Below, piece by piece: positions 21,176 to 30,885 of a stretch of DNA of 64,000 bases (position 1 is its first letter; each line of letters begins with the position of its first letter). The stretch spans positions 17,619 through 81,618 of the forward strand of contig CAZRFU010000016.1 of NCBI GenBank assembly GCA_964599475.1, read 5' to 3'. The notes below the pieces were generated by a model. The model was not told where the DNA came from, did not search any database, and was given only the letters and a program-made list of their open reading frames with translations. Position numbers and translations under genes: made by a program. Source of the DNA: an uncultured Thermoanaerobaculia bacterium (lineage in GTDB: Bacteria; Acidobacteriota; Thermoanaerobaculia; Multivoradales; CAZRFU01).

Positions 21176-21715
21176 TCAGGCCTGCGCGAGGCGCGCCGAA
21201 AGGCGCTGCAGCCGGCGCCTGAGGCTCGCATCGAAGACTTTGCTGCCGACCGTCGCCACGAAGCCGGCCATCAGGCTCGGATCGGTCGAGGTCTCGATAT
21301 CGACGGGGCTGCCGACCGCCTTAGCCAGACCGCTGCGCAGCGAAGCCAGTTGCTCGGCAGTGAGTGGCGTGGCGCTTCTGACCTCGGCCTTGACCGTGCC
21401 GAGCGCCCGCCGCAGGAGAATCTCGAGGCCGTCGGCGATTTCCGCCAGCCGCCCTAGCCGGTAGTTGCGTGTCAGCGTGGCAGCCAGGCGCCGGGTGATC
21501 GGACCGCTTCCCAGCTTGGCGACGACCTGGTCGATCACCGCCAGCTTGGTCTCGAGCGGCACGCCGGGGTTCGCAGCGGCCCGCGGCAGGGCCGGATTCT
21601 CGGCGAAGACTGCTGCCAGGGCTCGCAGCTCGGCCAGCACCTGCTGGGCGGCCGTGGTGCTGCCGGCTACTTGAAAGACCGCCTTGGCGTACGGACGAGC
21701 TACCCGGCCGATCAT
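21176..21715 (-). CDS. atpH: ATP synthase delta subunit (OSCP)
   Basis: 179 aa, position between atpF and atpA, delta-like sequence. Confidence 0.8.
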   Translation of the reverse strand: MIGRVARPYAKAVFQVAGSTTAAQQVLAELRALAAVFAENPALPRAAANPGVPLETKLAVIDQVVAKLGSGPITRRLAATLTRNYRLGRLAEIADGLEILLRRALGTVKAEVRSATPLTAEQLASLRSGLAKAVGSPVDIETSTDPSLMAGFVATVGSKVFDASLRRRLQRLSARLAQA

Positions 21716-22281
21716 GCGCTTTTCCTCTCGAGGCCGGCGACGCCGTCGTCGAAGAGCCGACGCCGGGTCGCATCGTCGAGCTCGCCCGCGAGCCTGGCAG
21801 CGGCAAGCTCAGCGGCGAGCGCTGCGGCGTGACGAGTGAGCTCTGCCCGAGCCTGCTCGATACGGTGGTCCATCTCGGCATTGGCCTGGTCCACGACCCG
21901 CTGGCGCTCGACCTCGGCGGATGCCAGGATTTCCTCCCGCTCGCGCCGGGCATCCGCGTCACCCTTGGCGGTCAGCTCGGCGATCTCGCGCTCGAGCTCG
22001 GCAATCGCGCCGCTGAGCCGTTCCTCGAGACCGGCCACCTGACTCTCCTGCCGACGCGCGAGCTCGAGGCTCTCGCGGATCGCCACGCTGCGCGCGTCGA
22101 GGAAGGCGAGGATCTTGGGAACCGCAAACTTGAAGATCGCACCGAGGAAAATGGCCAAGTTGATCGACAGGAAGATCCAGACCGGCAGGCCGAGCCAGGT
22201 CCCGCCACCTCCGGCCGCCAGGGCCGAGGGGGCAACGCCCAGCACCACTGCGGCAAACGCGAAGCGCCGGGCCGACATCAC
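21712..22281 (-). CDS. atpF: Fo ATP synthase subunit b
   Basis: N-terminal TM then long charged coiled-coil; ATGA overlap with atpH. Confidence 0.75.
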   Translation of the reverse strand: MMSARRFAFAAVVLGVAPSALAAGGGGTWLGLPVWIFLSINLAIFLGAIFKFAVPKILAFLDARSVAIRESLELARRQESQVAGLEERLSGAIAELEREIAELTAKGDADARREREEILASAEVERQRVVDQANAEMDHRIEQARAELTRHAAALAAELAAARLAGELDDATRRRLFDDGVAGLERKSA

Positions 22282-22700
22282 GCCACCCTCCCGAGGAGGC
22301 GCCGCACCATGTCGTCGGCGATGCGTTCGGCGCGCGCCGCGAGCACCCCGCGCTCGGCAGCGACATCCGCCTCGAGCCGGTCGCGCACCTCGTCGAGCTT
22401 GGCACGGGCGGCCTTCCGCGCCTGGTCGACCAGGGCGGCCTTTTCGGCTTCGGCTTCGCGCCGGGTCGCCTCACGCCGGCGAGCGATCTCACGCCGGGCC
22501 TCGGCCAAACGCTCGCGCTGGGCGGCAAGGCCGGTTTCGAGTTTCGACGAAGCGGCTTCGAAGCGCGTGTGCGCAGCGGCGATCGTCGTTTCCCGCTCGT
22601 CGAGCAAGCGAGTGATCGGTCCAAAGAAGGACCATCTCAGGATCGCATAGACGACCCAGAAGATCGCCATGACGACCAGCAAGCTGGCATCGAATTCCAC
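22278..22700 (-). CDS. Fo ATP synthase subunit b' (second b-type subunit); start inferred at GTG 22700 after GGAG
   Basis: TM (LLVVMAIFWVVYAILRW) plus coiled coil; ATGA overlap with atpF. The supplied ORF extends to 22829 with an implausible N-terminus. Confidence 0.6.
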   Translation of the reverse strand: MEFDASLLVVMAIFWVVYAILRWSFFGPITRLLDERETTIAAAHTRFEAASSKLETGLAAQRERLAEARREIARRREATRREAEAEKAALVDQARKAARAKLDEVRDRLEADVAAERGVLAARAERIADDMVRRLLGRVA

Positions 22701-22871
22701 GGACGGACTCCGCTCGGGTTGTTGACCGAAAAAAGGCTGAGAATGCTCGGCGTCGAGTCTCGACCGGAGAAGTCGAGAGCGGCACGACGCGCAGCCGGCC
22801 GCAGCCTGAGAGCTGCCGAAACTTAGCATCGGCCGCCGCGCTGGTCAACTCCGGCGCCCTGCGGCGCCGGC

Positions 22872-23417
22872 TCAGTCGGCCAGGATCAGCCGTGAGCGGC
22901 TCAGGCGGTCGGCCAGGGATCGCCGACCGATCAGGGCCACCAGCGCCAGCAGCCCGAGGCTCGCGACGGTGAAGACCGCCACGATCCATCGCACCGCGCA
23001 GCGTCGAAAGGTCGGCAGGCCACCGTCGTCGGCGACCAGCCGTACACCTGCCCAGGCCATTCCCGGCGTTCGGCCCCAGAATGCCAGGGGCAAGAGCATG
23101 TACAGGAACGAGAAGTCGAGCACGAACACCAGCACCCCGGCCAGGGCCCGGGAGGTCAGAGCCGTCCCGCCGAGGCTGACGCCCACCGCCACCACCGCCC
23201 CAATCAAGACGATGAATGCGAGATCAGCCAGCCCCCCCTGGAGACGCAGACCAAAATCGGCGTCGACGAGGTCGGCCGGCGGCTCGGGCTCGGGCGTCGC
23301 CCCAGGCACGTCGGCAGCCACCGGCCCGGCGCGTTCGTCCTGCTCCTCCTCGCGCTGCGGGTCGAGCGGAAGGTCGAAGAGGGTGGGGCCGCTGGGAGTC
23401 CGACGCCGAGAGCTCAC
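22872..23417 (-). CDS. RDD-family membrane protein
   Basis: Acidic N-terminus then three TM segments, RDD-like topology. Confidence 0.55.
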   Translation of the reverse strand: MSSRRRTPSGPTLFDLPLDPQREEEQDERAGPVAADVPGATPEPEPPADLVDADFGLRLQGGLADLAFIVLIGAVVAVGVSLGGTALTSRALAGVLVFVLDFSFLYMLLPLAFWGRTPGMAWAGVRLVADDGGLPTFRRCAVRWIVAVFTVASLGLLALVALIGRRSLADRLSRSRLILAD

Positions 23418-25492
23418 GGCACTCGCGAGCTCGCGTACTTCGTGTAGATCCGCGCCAGCAAGTCCTCACTGCGATCCTTGTAGGTGCGGGCGAATGCCAA
23501 CAAGCGGCTGACGCCTTCGTCCTCGGGAGCGAGCTTTTCCGCCTCCTGCAGGGATTCGATGGCCTTGGCGAAGAGGCCGCGCTGAACATCCCGAAGTGCC
23601 AGGTTGTAATAGCCCGTCACCAAGAGGTCGCGCAGGTCGCGATCGGCGTTGTCCTCCTCGTAGAGACGCCAGATCTCGGGCATGGCCTGCTCGTATTCCG
23701 CGTCCGCGAGCCAACGACGGACCTGGGCCAGGGCCTCGCGCTGTGTCTTGGCCTGCTTGTGCCGTTCGGCATCCTCGGGCTCGAGGGTGATGGTCTCGGC
23801 CAGCTGATCGTAGAGCGTGGCGGCAAGCAGCAGTCGCCGCTCGGCAAACGCCGCTCGCGCATCGTTCTGCAGCTTCTCCAGCCGAGCGATCTCGGCCGGG
23901 TCGATCTCCGGCTCGAGGCCAACCGGCTCAGCCGGCTTCTCCCACTCGCCCAGCAGCTGCTGAGCCTCCTGGAAGTGGGCGTCGCCCTCGGGAACTCGTT
24001 TGAGGAGGGCGATCGCGTTGGCCGGCTTGCCGCTATCGAAGAGAGCGCGCGCCCGATCGATCGGCGAAAGGTCGTCGGCGACGGGCTCGACGGTGTTGGG
24101 GAACACTTGGTCGCCCCGGGTCATCAACCACCAGCCGGTACCCCCGGCCAGCACCAACACCAGCAGACCCGCGCCGATGAGCATCGGCAACTTGCGCCCG
24201 GACTTGGCCTTGGGCTTGGGCAGACTGGGAGCCGAGGGCCGCTGGCGCGGAGCGGCTCCGGGCTCCGGCGGCACCAGGATCTCTTCGGTCAGAACGGCCT
24301 CCGCCACCGAGGCCTTGCGGGCAGCGGGGGAAGCGGGCGACGCCGTAGCCGGTTCCTGCTCGGCATTCTCCAACCGCTCGAGCAGCTCGCGGGCGGCGTA
24401 GTACCCAGGTTGCTGGTCGAGGATCCCCTGCAGCATGGCGCGCGCCCCAGCAACGTCACCCTGATCCACCAGAGACTCTGCGTCATGCAGCCTCGACTCG
24501 AGCACCCGCTCACCCTCGGCGCGACGCTTGCGTGCCTCCTCGATCCGCCGATTGGCCTCCTGGTGGTCGATGTCGATCAAGAAGATGCGCGACCAGGCAT
24601 CGATGGCCGCCTGGAACTCGCCCTTCTCGAAGGCTCGTTGGCCTTCGTCGAGGAGCTCTCGAATGCGTGGGTCTTTCTCGGCGCTGCTGCTCGAGAGACC
24701 CAGATCGAAGGCCGGGGGGGCAGCCCCGAGGGCGGGTGCTGCCGACTCCAGATCCAATCCCGGCTCCGCGTCGAGCCCAAAGGCGGGAGCGTCGAGAACA
24801 CCGTCGAGCAGCGATGCACCCGCCCCTGTGTCCGCGGGATCGCTCAGCTCCGCGCCGAAGCCCGGCAGCGCTTCGTCGTCCAAGTCGAGATCGTCCGAGC
24901 CGAGCCGGCCCTCGAGAGACAACACCCGAGGATGGTCGGCATCGAGGGCTCGGGCCTGTTCGAGTTGGCGTCGCGCCTCGTCGGTGTCGCCGGCGTCGAA
25001 GGCGCGTTCAGCGGCGTCGACCATGCCCAATACCAGCGGTTCGGCCTCGAGCCGCTCGGACGCCTGCATGGCCATCCTCCGCAGGTCGGGATCGGCCACC
25101 ACGTCAGCCTGATGTGCCCCTGCCAGCGCGAGCACTCCGCGCAGGTCGCGTTGCGCCAGGAGAGCCTGCAGCTGACCTCGAAGGGTATCGGCGCCCGGAG
25201 CCGGCAGCGGCTCGAGATCAGGCAGATCGCCGAGCTCCCCAAACTCGGGCGGCGCCTCGGCAAACGCCCCAGGCCGCAGATCGTCCACCGTGATCGCCCC
25301 AGTCGCGTCGGCGAGGCGCGTCTGCAGCTTGGTCGCCGGGGCGAACATCGGATCCAGCCGCAGCACGAAGTCGCAACCGAGGCGCGCTTCCTGGAGCTTG
25401 CCGGCAGCCGCGAGGTCGAGGCTCTGGTCGTAGGTCTGCAGGATCCGCGCTTGGACGTCGGGCGGCAACGCGGGATTACCAGGGTAGCTCAT
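23414..25492 (-). CDS. TPR-repeat membrane protein (one TM, KLPMLIGAGLLVLVLAGGTGWWLM)
   Basis: Start at ATG 25492 (MSYPGNPALPP); the upstream part of supplied ORF 23414..26167 is antisense to the next gene; TPR-like repeats in the C-terminal half. Confidence 0.6.
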   Translation of the reverse strand: MSYPGNPALPPDVQARILQTYDQSLDLAAAGKLQEARLGCDFVLRLDPMFAPATKLQTRLADATGAITVDDLRPGAFAEAPPEFGELGDLPDLEPLPAPGADTLRGQLQALLAQRDLRGVLALAGAHQADVVADPDLRRMAMQASERLEAEPLVLGMVDAAERAFDAGDTDEARRQLEQARALDADHPRVLSLEGRLGSDDLDLDDEALPGFGAELSDPADTGAGASLLDGVLDAPAFGLDAEPGLDLESAAPALGAAPPAFDLGLSSSSAEKDPRIRELLDEGQRAFEKGEFQAAIDAWSRIFLIDIDHQEANRRIEEARKRRAEGERVLESRLHDAESLVDQGDVAGARAMLQGILDQQPGYYAARELLERLENAEQEPATASPASPAARKASVAEAVLTEEILVPPEPGAAPRQRPSAPSLPKPKAKSGRKLPMLIGAGLLVLVLAGGTGWWLMTRGDQVFPNTVEPVADDLSPIDRARALFDSGKPANAIALLKRVPEGDAHFQEAQQLLGEWEKPAEPVGLEPEIDPAEIARLEKLQNDARAAFAERRLLLAATLYDQLAETITLEPEDAERHKQAKTQREALAQVRRWLADAEYEQAMPEIWRLYEEDNADRDLRDLLVTGYYNLALRDVQRGLFAKAIESLQEAEKLAPEDEGVSRLLAFARTYKDRSEDLLARIYTKYASSRVP

Positions 25493-25612
25493 CGGCGTGG
25501 CCCTCGATTCGAGTTCATTGCCCAGATGATACCAGGGCGGGGAGGCCTCATCGGCCGGGATCATCGGTCGGCCTCTGGTCCGAGCCCCTTCGAAGCCTGC
25601 TACGCTCCCTGC

Positions 25613-26461
25613 ATGTTTGTGACCGACAGTGACGTCGGCGCCATCGTCGACCCGAGCGACGCGGTCCGCGAGCTTCTCGTCCGCGCCTTCGAGCGCGCCG
25701 GCCTGGCCGCCGAGGGTCACGAGCACATCGCCTCTCTCTGGCACCGACTGCGGGAGCCAGCGCCACCCCAGTTGCTCATGGTGCGATTCGGGCCGGAACA
25801 CTCCGAGGGAACCTGGAAGCAGCTGCGGACGACCGTGCCGGTGCACATCATCGCCCTCGCCGAACGCTCGATGTTCCCGATCGTGATCCGCGCCCTGGAA
25901 GCAGGCTGGGTCGACGACGTGCTCGAGACCCCCATCGACCTCGACCGCGCCCTGCACCGCATCCTCGTCGGTCGCACCAGCCTCGCACTGCGCCGCCGGC
26001 TCGAGAGCCGCGAGGTTCCCGCACCACCACCGACCCGTGATCCGGTGACCGGCTTGTGGAATCGCAGCTCGGCCGTCGATCTGCTGCGACGGGAGCTGGC
26101 TGGGGCACGTCGCACCGGAGCCCACGTCGGCCTGGTCCGACTGCGGGTGATCGGGCTCGAACAGCACGTTTCACCCTCGGCCGCCGATCTGGCCTTTCGC
26201 CTCGTCGCCGATGCCCTCCGGGTTTCGGTTCGGGTCAGCGACTGGGTGGCGCGACTGGGGCCGCTGAGCTTCGCGGTCGTCCTGCCGGGTTGTGCCGAAC
26301 CCCGAACCATCGCGATCGGCGAACGGATCTTCCGGCTGGCGACGGAACGGCTCGAGAGCAGCGGGGTGTTCGCCTCTCTGCGAGTCGAGGCCGAAGCGTC
26401 TTCCATCGCTCCCGATCACCCCGACAGCGAGCAGATCATCGCCGGCCTCGAGCAGGAGTGA
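25613..26461 (+). CDS. response-regulator receiver + degenerate GGDEF domain protein (GG[DE]EF replaced by GPLSF)
   Basis: MFVTDSD... receiver-like N-terminus; GGDEF-fold landmarks (RxGxxEF context LGPLSFAVVLPG) with the signature degenerated. Confidence 0.65.
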   Translation: MFVTDSDVGAIVDPSDAVRELLVRAFERAGLAAEGHEHIASLWHRLREPAPPQLLMVRFGPEHSEGTWKQLRTTVPVHIIALAERSMFPIVIRALEAGWVDDVLETPIDLDRALHRILVGRTSLALRRRLESREVPAPPPTRDPVTGLWNRSSAVDLLRRELAGARRTGAHVGLVRLRVIGLEQHVSPSAADLAFRLVADALRVSVRVSDWVARLGPLSFAVVLPGCAEPRTIAIGERIFRLATERLESSGVFASLRVEAEASSIAPDHPDSEQIIAGLEQE

Positions 26462-26549
26462 GAGGCCCATCGCTCGAGCTGCAGCGACGCCCGGTGGCCG
26501 AACCGGCGAGCTCGGATACACTGTCCCGCACTCTCCCAAGGAGGTCCGC

Positions 26550-27782
26550 GTGACGCGACACGTTGCCTTCGTCGGCCCCGACGTTTTCGACATCTACCCG
26601 GAGTTCGTTCGCGGCCTCAAGGAAGTCGGAGCCCGCGTCAGCGGCCTCGGCCACACGCCCAACGAGCGATTGGCGCCGACGCTCAAGCGGCTGCTCGACG
26701 ACTACGAACGGGTCGGCAACCTGCTCGATCCCGAAGCGCTCAGCGCCGGCGCGCGCGCGCTCGCCCGACGCCATCCGGTCGACCTGATCGAAACCGCGGA
26801 CGAGTCCTTGGTGTTGGCAACCGCCCATGCACGGGAAGCACTGGCGGTACCGGGACTGTCCGTGCACGGAGCCACGCTGTGCCGCGACAAGCCGCTGATG
26901 AAGGAGACCTTGCGTCGCGCCGGCGTGCCCTGTGCGGCGTCCGACGCAGTCGATTCGCTGCAGGCCCTCGCCGACTTCGTCGAGCGCGAGGGCTATCCCG
27001 TCATCCTCAAGCCTCGCTCCGCACTCGGTGGGCTCGGCACACACCGCGCCGACGACGCCAGGGAGCTCGAGGCAGCGGCCAAGAAGCTCGGCATCGACCG
27101 CGGTGAATCCGCCGCCGTCGAGGAGTTCATCGAGGGCCACGAGGGGTTCTACGACACCATTTCGATCGACGGCGAGCCGGTCCACGAGATGGTCTCGCAC
27201 TACTACCCCAACGTGCTCGAGGCGCTGTCCTCGCGTCACATCGCTCCTCAGATCGCAGCCACCAACCGCGTCGACATGGCGTCCTACGACGGCCTCCGCG
27301 AGATGGGGCGCACGGTCATCAAGGCGCTCGGCATCGGCACCTCGGCCACCCACATGGAGTGGTTCTACGGACCCAAAGGGCTCAAATTCAGCGAGATCGG
27401 GGCGCGCCCTCCGGGCGAGAAGTTGTGGAACCTCTACTGCGTCGGCAACGACATCGACCTCTATCGCGAGTGGGCGATGGTCATCGTCCACCAACGGCGC
27501 GGGGCCCACCTGAGCCGACGTGCCGCAACCGGATCGATCCAGGTACGGCCCGTGGTCGACGGCGTGGTGACGCGGGTCGTCGGACTCTCCGAGCTGCTGC
27601 CCCGACTCAAACCCCACATCTGGGCCTGGCAGGTCCCGAAGCCGGGCACACCCACCGATCCGATCTACAAGGGCTACCTCAACAACCTGTGGATCCGTCT
27701 GCAACACCCGGACTACGACCAGCTGCGCGCCATGATGGACCTGATCGGCGAACGCGTTCGCGTCGAGGCGCGGCCGGCGTGA
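26550..27782 (+). CDS. ATP-grasp domain protein (carboxylate-amine ligase-like)
   Basis: GTG 26550 preceded by AAGGAGG; ATP-grasp landmarks (VILKPRSALGGLG, EEFIEGHE). Confidence 0.7.
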   Translation: MTRHVAFVGPDVFDIYPEFVRGLKEVGARVSGLGHTPNERLAPTLKRLLDDYERVGNLLDPEALSAGARALARRHPVDLIETADESLVLATAHAREALAVPGLSVHGATLCRDKPLMKETLRRAGVPCAASDAVDSLQALADFVEREGYPVILKPRSALGGLGTHRADDARELEAAAKKLGIDRGESAAVEEFIEGHEGFYDTISIDGEPVHEMVSHYYPNVLEALSSRHIAPQIAATNRVDMASYDGLREMGRTVIKALGIGTSATHMEWFYGPKGLKFSEIGARPPGEKLWNLYCVGNDIDLYREWAMVIVHQRRGAHLSRRAATGSIQVRPVVDGVVTRVVGLSELLPRLKPHIWAWQVPKPGTPTDPIYKGYLNNLWIRLQHPDYDQLRAMMDLIGERVRVEARPA

Positions 27783-28315
27783 GCGCCCGCGTCCTGGCCA
27801 AACAGCAGATCCACCCCGGGCGGGTGGTCGACCTCTGGATCGAGGAGGTCGAGCTGCCCAATGGACGAGTGGCGGACCTCGAGGTGGTACGCCATCCCGG
27901 CGCGGCCGCGATCGTGCCCATCACAGGCGCCGGCGACGTGATCCTGGTGCGGCAGTATCGCCACGCTCTCGGTCGTTACTTGCTCGAGATCCCGGCCGGC
28001 AAGCTCTCACCCGGCGAGGACCCGGCCGCTTGCGCCGCCCGTGAGCTCGAAGAAGAAGTCGGCCAACGAGCGGCTCGGCTCGAGCCACTCGGCGCTCTGG
28101 TGCCGGCACCGGGATTTGCCGACGAGGTCATCCACTTGTTCCTCGCCCGTGATCTCGAGGCAACGAGCCAGAACCTCGACGACGACGAGGTGCTGTCGAT
28201 CGAGCTCCTGCACCTCGACCGTGCGGTCGACATGGCTCTGGGCGGTGACATCGACGACTCGAAGTCGGCAGTGGCGATCCTGCGAGCCGCAGCGAAGCTG
28301 GGCAACTTCGGCTGA
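27779..28315 (+). CDS. NUDIX hydrolase (ADP-ribose pyrophosphatase-like)
   Basis: GTGA overlap with upstream gene; Nudix box GKLSPGEDPAACAARELEEEVG. Confidence 0.75.
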   Translation: MSARVLAKQQIHPGRVVDLWIEEVELPNGRVADLEVVRHPGAAAIVPITGAGDVILVRQYRHALGRYLLEIPAGKLSPGEDPAACAARELEEEVGQRAARLEPLGALVPAPGFADEVIHLFLARDLEATSQNLDDDEVLSIELLHLDRAVDMALGGDIDDSKSAVAILRAAAKLGNFG

Positions 28316-28379
28316 CAGCGCACCGGCCGGCCGCGACGCGCGCGGTGTAGCATGAACGGCGTTGCATGAGCACCGCCGC

Positions 28380-29213
28380 ATGAGCACCGAAATCGTTGCC
28401 ATCGTCAGTCGCAAGGGCGGGGTCGGCAAGACCACCTCGGCCGTCGGGCTGGCGGCCGCGCTCGTGGAACAGGGCCGGCAGGTGCTCCTGATGGACCTCG
28501 ACCCTCAGGCCAGCGCGAGCGTTTCGCTCGGGGTCGACAAGCGGCAACTGTCGCCCTCGGCCGCCGACATGTTGCTGCGCGACACCGCCGCAGGTGAGGT
28601 CATCAGGGCTTCCGGCACACCGGGACTCGACTTGATTACGTCGTCGATCGACCTGCAGGCCTACGAAGCCGAAACCCGCTACGTGAGCGACCAGGAGACC
28701 GTACTGCGCGCCAAGCTCGCGGCGATCGAAGGGCGCTACGACTTCGTCGTGATCGACTGTCCTCCGGCGCTCAACCTGCTCTCCCGCAATGCCCTGGCAG
28801 CCTGCACCAGCTTCATCGTCCCGGTCGTTCCCCACTTCCTCGTGGTCGAAGGTGTACAAACCACCATCGGTGCCGCGGAGCGCCTGCGACAGCGCTGCGC
28901 CGGGCGTGGACGGCTGCTGGGAATCCTGCCGACGATGGTCGACTACCGCACCAAGCTCACTCGGGCCAGCCTCGCAGAGATCCGCTCGACCTTCGGCAGC
29001 GATGTCTTCGCAGTGGAGATCCGCACCAACGTGCGCCTTGCCGAAGCACCTGCGGCCGGGCAGACCATTCTCGAGTACGACGGCAACTCGTCGGGCGCCG
29101 GCTCCTATCGGCTGGCCGCCGAGGAGCTCCTCTTGCGGCTCGAGAGCTTGCGGCGACGTTTTCCGCTCGAGGAAACCCACACGATCGGATCCGGCGAAGG
29201 AGGCTCACGATGA
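28380..29213 (+). CDS. ParA/MinD-family P-loop ATPase
   Basis: Deviant Walker A SRKGGVGKTT; DLDPQ; VIDCPPAL. Confidence 0.8.
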   Translation: MSTEIVAIVSRKGGVGKTTSAVGLAAALVEQGRQVLLMDLDPQASASVSLGVDKRQLSPSAADMLLRDTAAGEVIRASGTPGLDLITSSIDLQAYEAETRYVSDQETVLRAKLAAIEGRYDFVVIDCPPALNLLSRNALAACTSFIVPVVPHFLVVEGVQTTIGAAERLRQRCAGRGRLLGILPTMVDYRTKLTRASLAEIRSTFGSDVFAVEIRTNVRLAEAPAAGQTILEYDGNSSGAGSYRLAAEELLLRLESLRRRFPLEETHTIGSGEGGSR

Positions 29214-29674
29214 AAGAGATGCTCGGCGGTTGCGGTGGAGGACGGTTCGTCGGCACCAACCTGCTGTGGCTCGAAGGCGCGTCGGCGCCGGCCCTCGAGT
29301 CCCCCGCTCACGCCGAGCTCGAGGTGCTCGCCAGCGGCAAGCTCATCCGCTGCTCCTACACCTGGGTCTTCGAGGGCCAAACCCAACACGGTTCGATGGT
29401 GGTCGCTTGGAACGGTCGAGCCGAGCGCGCGAGCGCCGGGTGGATCGACTCGTTTCACCAGAGCAGCCACGTGATGCAGCTCGAGGGCGCGCTCGAGGAC
29501 GGCGGCGCGGTCGCGGTCTCCGGCACCTACCCCGCGCCGAGCGGGCCCGATTGGGGGTGGCGGATCCGGCTCGAATCCCCCACTGCCGACGAGCTCCTGG
29601 TGCTGATGGACAACGTCAGCCCTGACGGCCTTGCCGAGCCCGCCGTCCGCATCGACCTACGACGTCAAACCTGA
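29210..29674 (+). CDS. hypothetical protein (DUF1579-like, Trp-rich lipocalin-like)
   Basis: ATGA overlap with parA-like gene; 154 aa. Confidence 0.45.
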   Translation: MKEMLGGCGGGRFVGTNLLWLEGASAPALESPAHAELEVLASGKLIRCSYTWVFEGQTQHGSMVVAWNGRAERASAGWIDSFHQSSHVMQLEGALEDGGAVAVSGTYPAPSGPDWGWRIRLESPTADELLVLMDNVSPDGLAEPAVRIDLRRQT

Positions 29675-30573
29675 TGCGGGTCCTTCGCACCCCCGCCGAA
29701 CGTTTCGTCGGCCTCCCGGACTTTCCCTGGGTGCCGCGCGAGACCGAGGTCTCCGGGCTGCGCATGTGCCACGTCGATGCCGGCGAGGGTCGGCCGATCC
29801 TGCTGCTCCACGGTGAGCCGACCTGGTCGTTCCTCTACCGCACCATGATCCCGGTGCTGGTCGAGGCGGGATTTCGGTGCCTGGCACCGGACCTGATCGG
29901 CTTTGGCCGCTCCGGCAAACCGGCCGACATCGGTGCGTACTCCTACGCCCAACACGTCGCCTGGCTCGCTGAGTGGATCGAAGCCAACGATCTTTCGGAC
30001 CTGGTCTTGGTCGCCCAGGACTGGGGCTCTTTGCTGGGACTCAGGTTGGTGGCGGAACACCCAGGGCGTTTTGCCGCCGTGGTGATCGCCAACGGCTTCC
30101 TGCCCACCGGCGACCAGCGGGTGCCGGCGGTGTTTCGGCTGTGGCAGAACTTCGCGCGGTGGTCACCCTGGTTCCCAGTCGGGCGCATCGTGCAGTGGGG
30201 ATCAGCCACCACCCTGCCGCCCGAGGTCGTCGCCGCGTACGACGCACCGTTCCCGACCTCGGCCCACAAAGTCGCCGCCCGGGCCTTCCCGCGCCTGGTG
30301 CCCACCACCCCCGACAATCCCGCCAGCAGCGCCAACCGCGCCGCGTGGAAGGTCCTCGAAGGGTGGCACAAGCCCTTTCTGACCGCCTTCGGCAGCCGCG
30401 ATGCGATCTTTCGCGGCGCCGATCGGGTGCTCCAACAGCGGATCCCCGGCGCCAAGGGCCAGCCCCACACGATCATCCGCGGCGCCGGCCACTTCATCCA
30501 GGAAGACCGCGGGCCGGAGCTGGCGCGAGTGATTGCGGAGTTTGTGCGCGGGCTGGAAGGGGTTGGGGGTTAG
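29674..30573 (+). CDS. alpha/beta hydrolase, haloalkane dehalogenase-like
   Basis: HGEPTWSFLYR, nucleophile elbow AQDWGS, C-terminal GAGHFIQED; TGATG overlap with the upstream gene. Confidence 0.8.
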   Translation: MRVLRTPAERFVGLPDFPWVPRETEVSGLRMCHVDAGEGRPILLLHGEPTWSFLYRTMIPVLVEAGFRCLAPDLIGFGRSGKPADIGAYSYAQHVAWLAEWIEANDLSDLVLVAQDWGSLLGLRLVAEHPGRFAAVVIANGFLPTGDQRVPAVFRLWQNFARWSPWFPVGRIVQWGSATTLPPEVVAAYDAPFPTSAHKVAARAFPRLVPTTPDNPASSANRAAWKVLEGWHKPFLTAFGSRDAIFRGADRVLQQRIPGAKGQPHTIIRGAGHFIQEDRGPELARVIAEFVRGLEGVGG

Positions 30574-30588
30574 GGGTTAGGGGTTAGG
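30565..30588. repeat. (GGGGTTA)x3 heptamer microsatellite spanning the dehalogenase stop codon; G-quadruplex-capable
   Basis: gggggttaggggttaggggttagg read directly. Confidence 0.8.
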
Positions 30589-30599
30589 CTCCGTGCAGA

Positions 30600-30800
30600 G
30601 GCTGTCGGCGGGTTGCTACGAGCACCATCGGTCCGTGGTCGCCACTCGAGGGTGATCGCGTGCCGGCCGGCAGGAGCGCGCAGGGCGAGGAAGGCGTGGT
30701 CGGCGATCGCCACCTCGAGCGGCCCACCCCCTACGGTCGAAGCCCGCCAACCCGGCCACGCCGGTTCGGTCACCACCACCCATCCGTCACTCTGCATCGA
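30600..30800 (-). pseudogene. possible 3' gene remnant (C-terminal fragment ...GWVVVTEPAWPGWRASTVGGGPLEVAIADHAFLALRAPAGRHAITLEWRP*)
   Basis: Protein-like translation with no plausible N-terminus, abutting the MITE-like element. Confidence 0.25.
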
Positions 30801-30885
30801 CACTTCGAGAGCCAAGCGGTTCGGCGCCTGCCGACGGGCGACGACTTGCCCGCTGGGATTGCCAACCTCGGCCGGCGGCGCGCCG

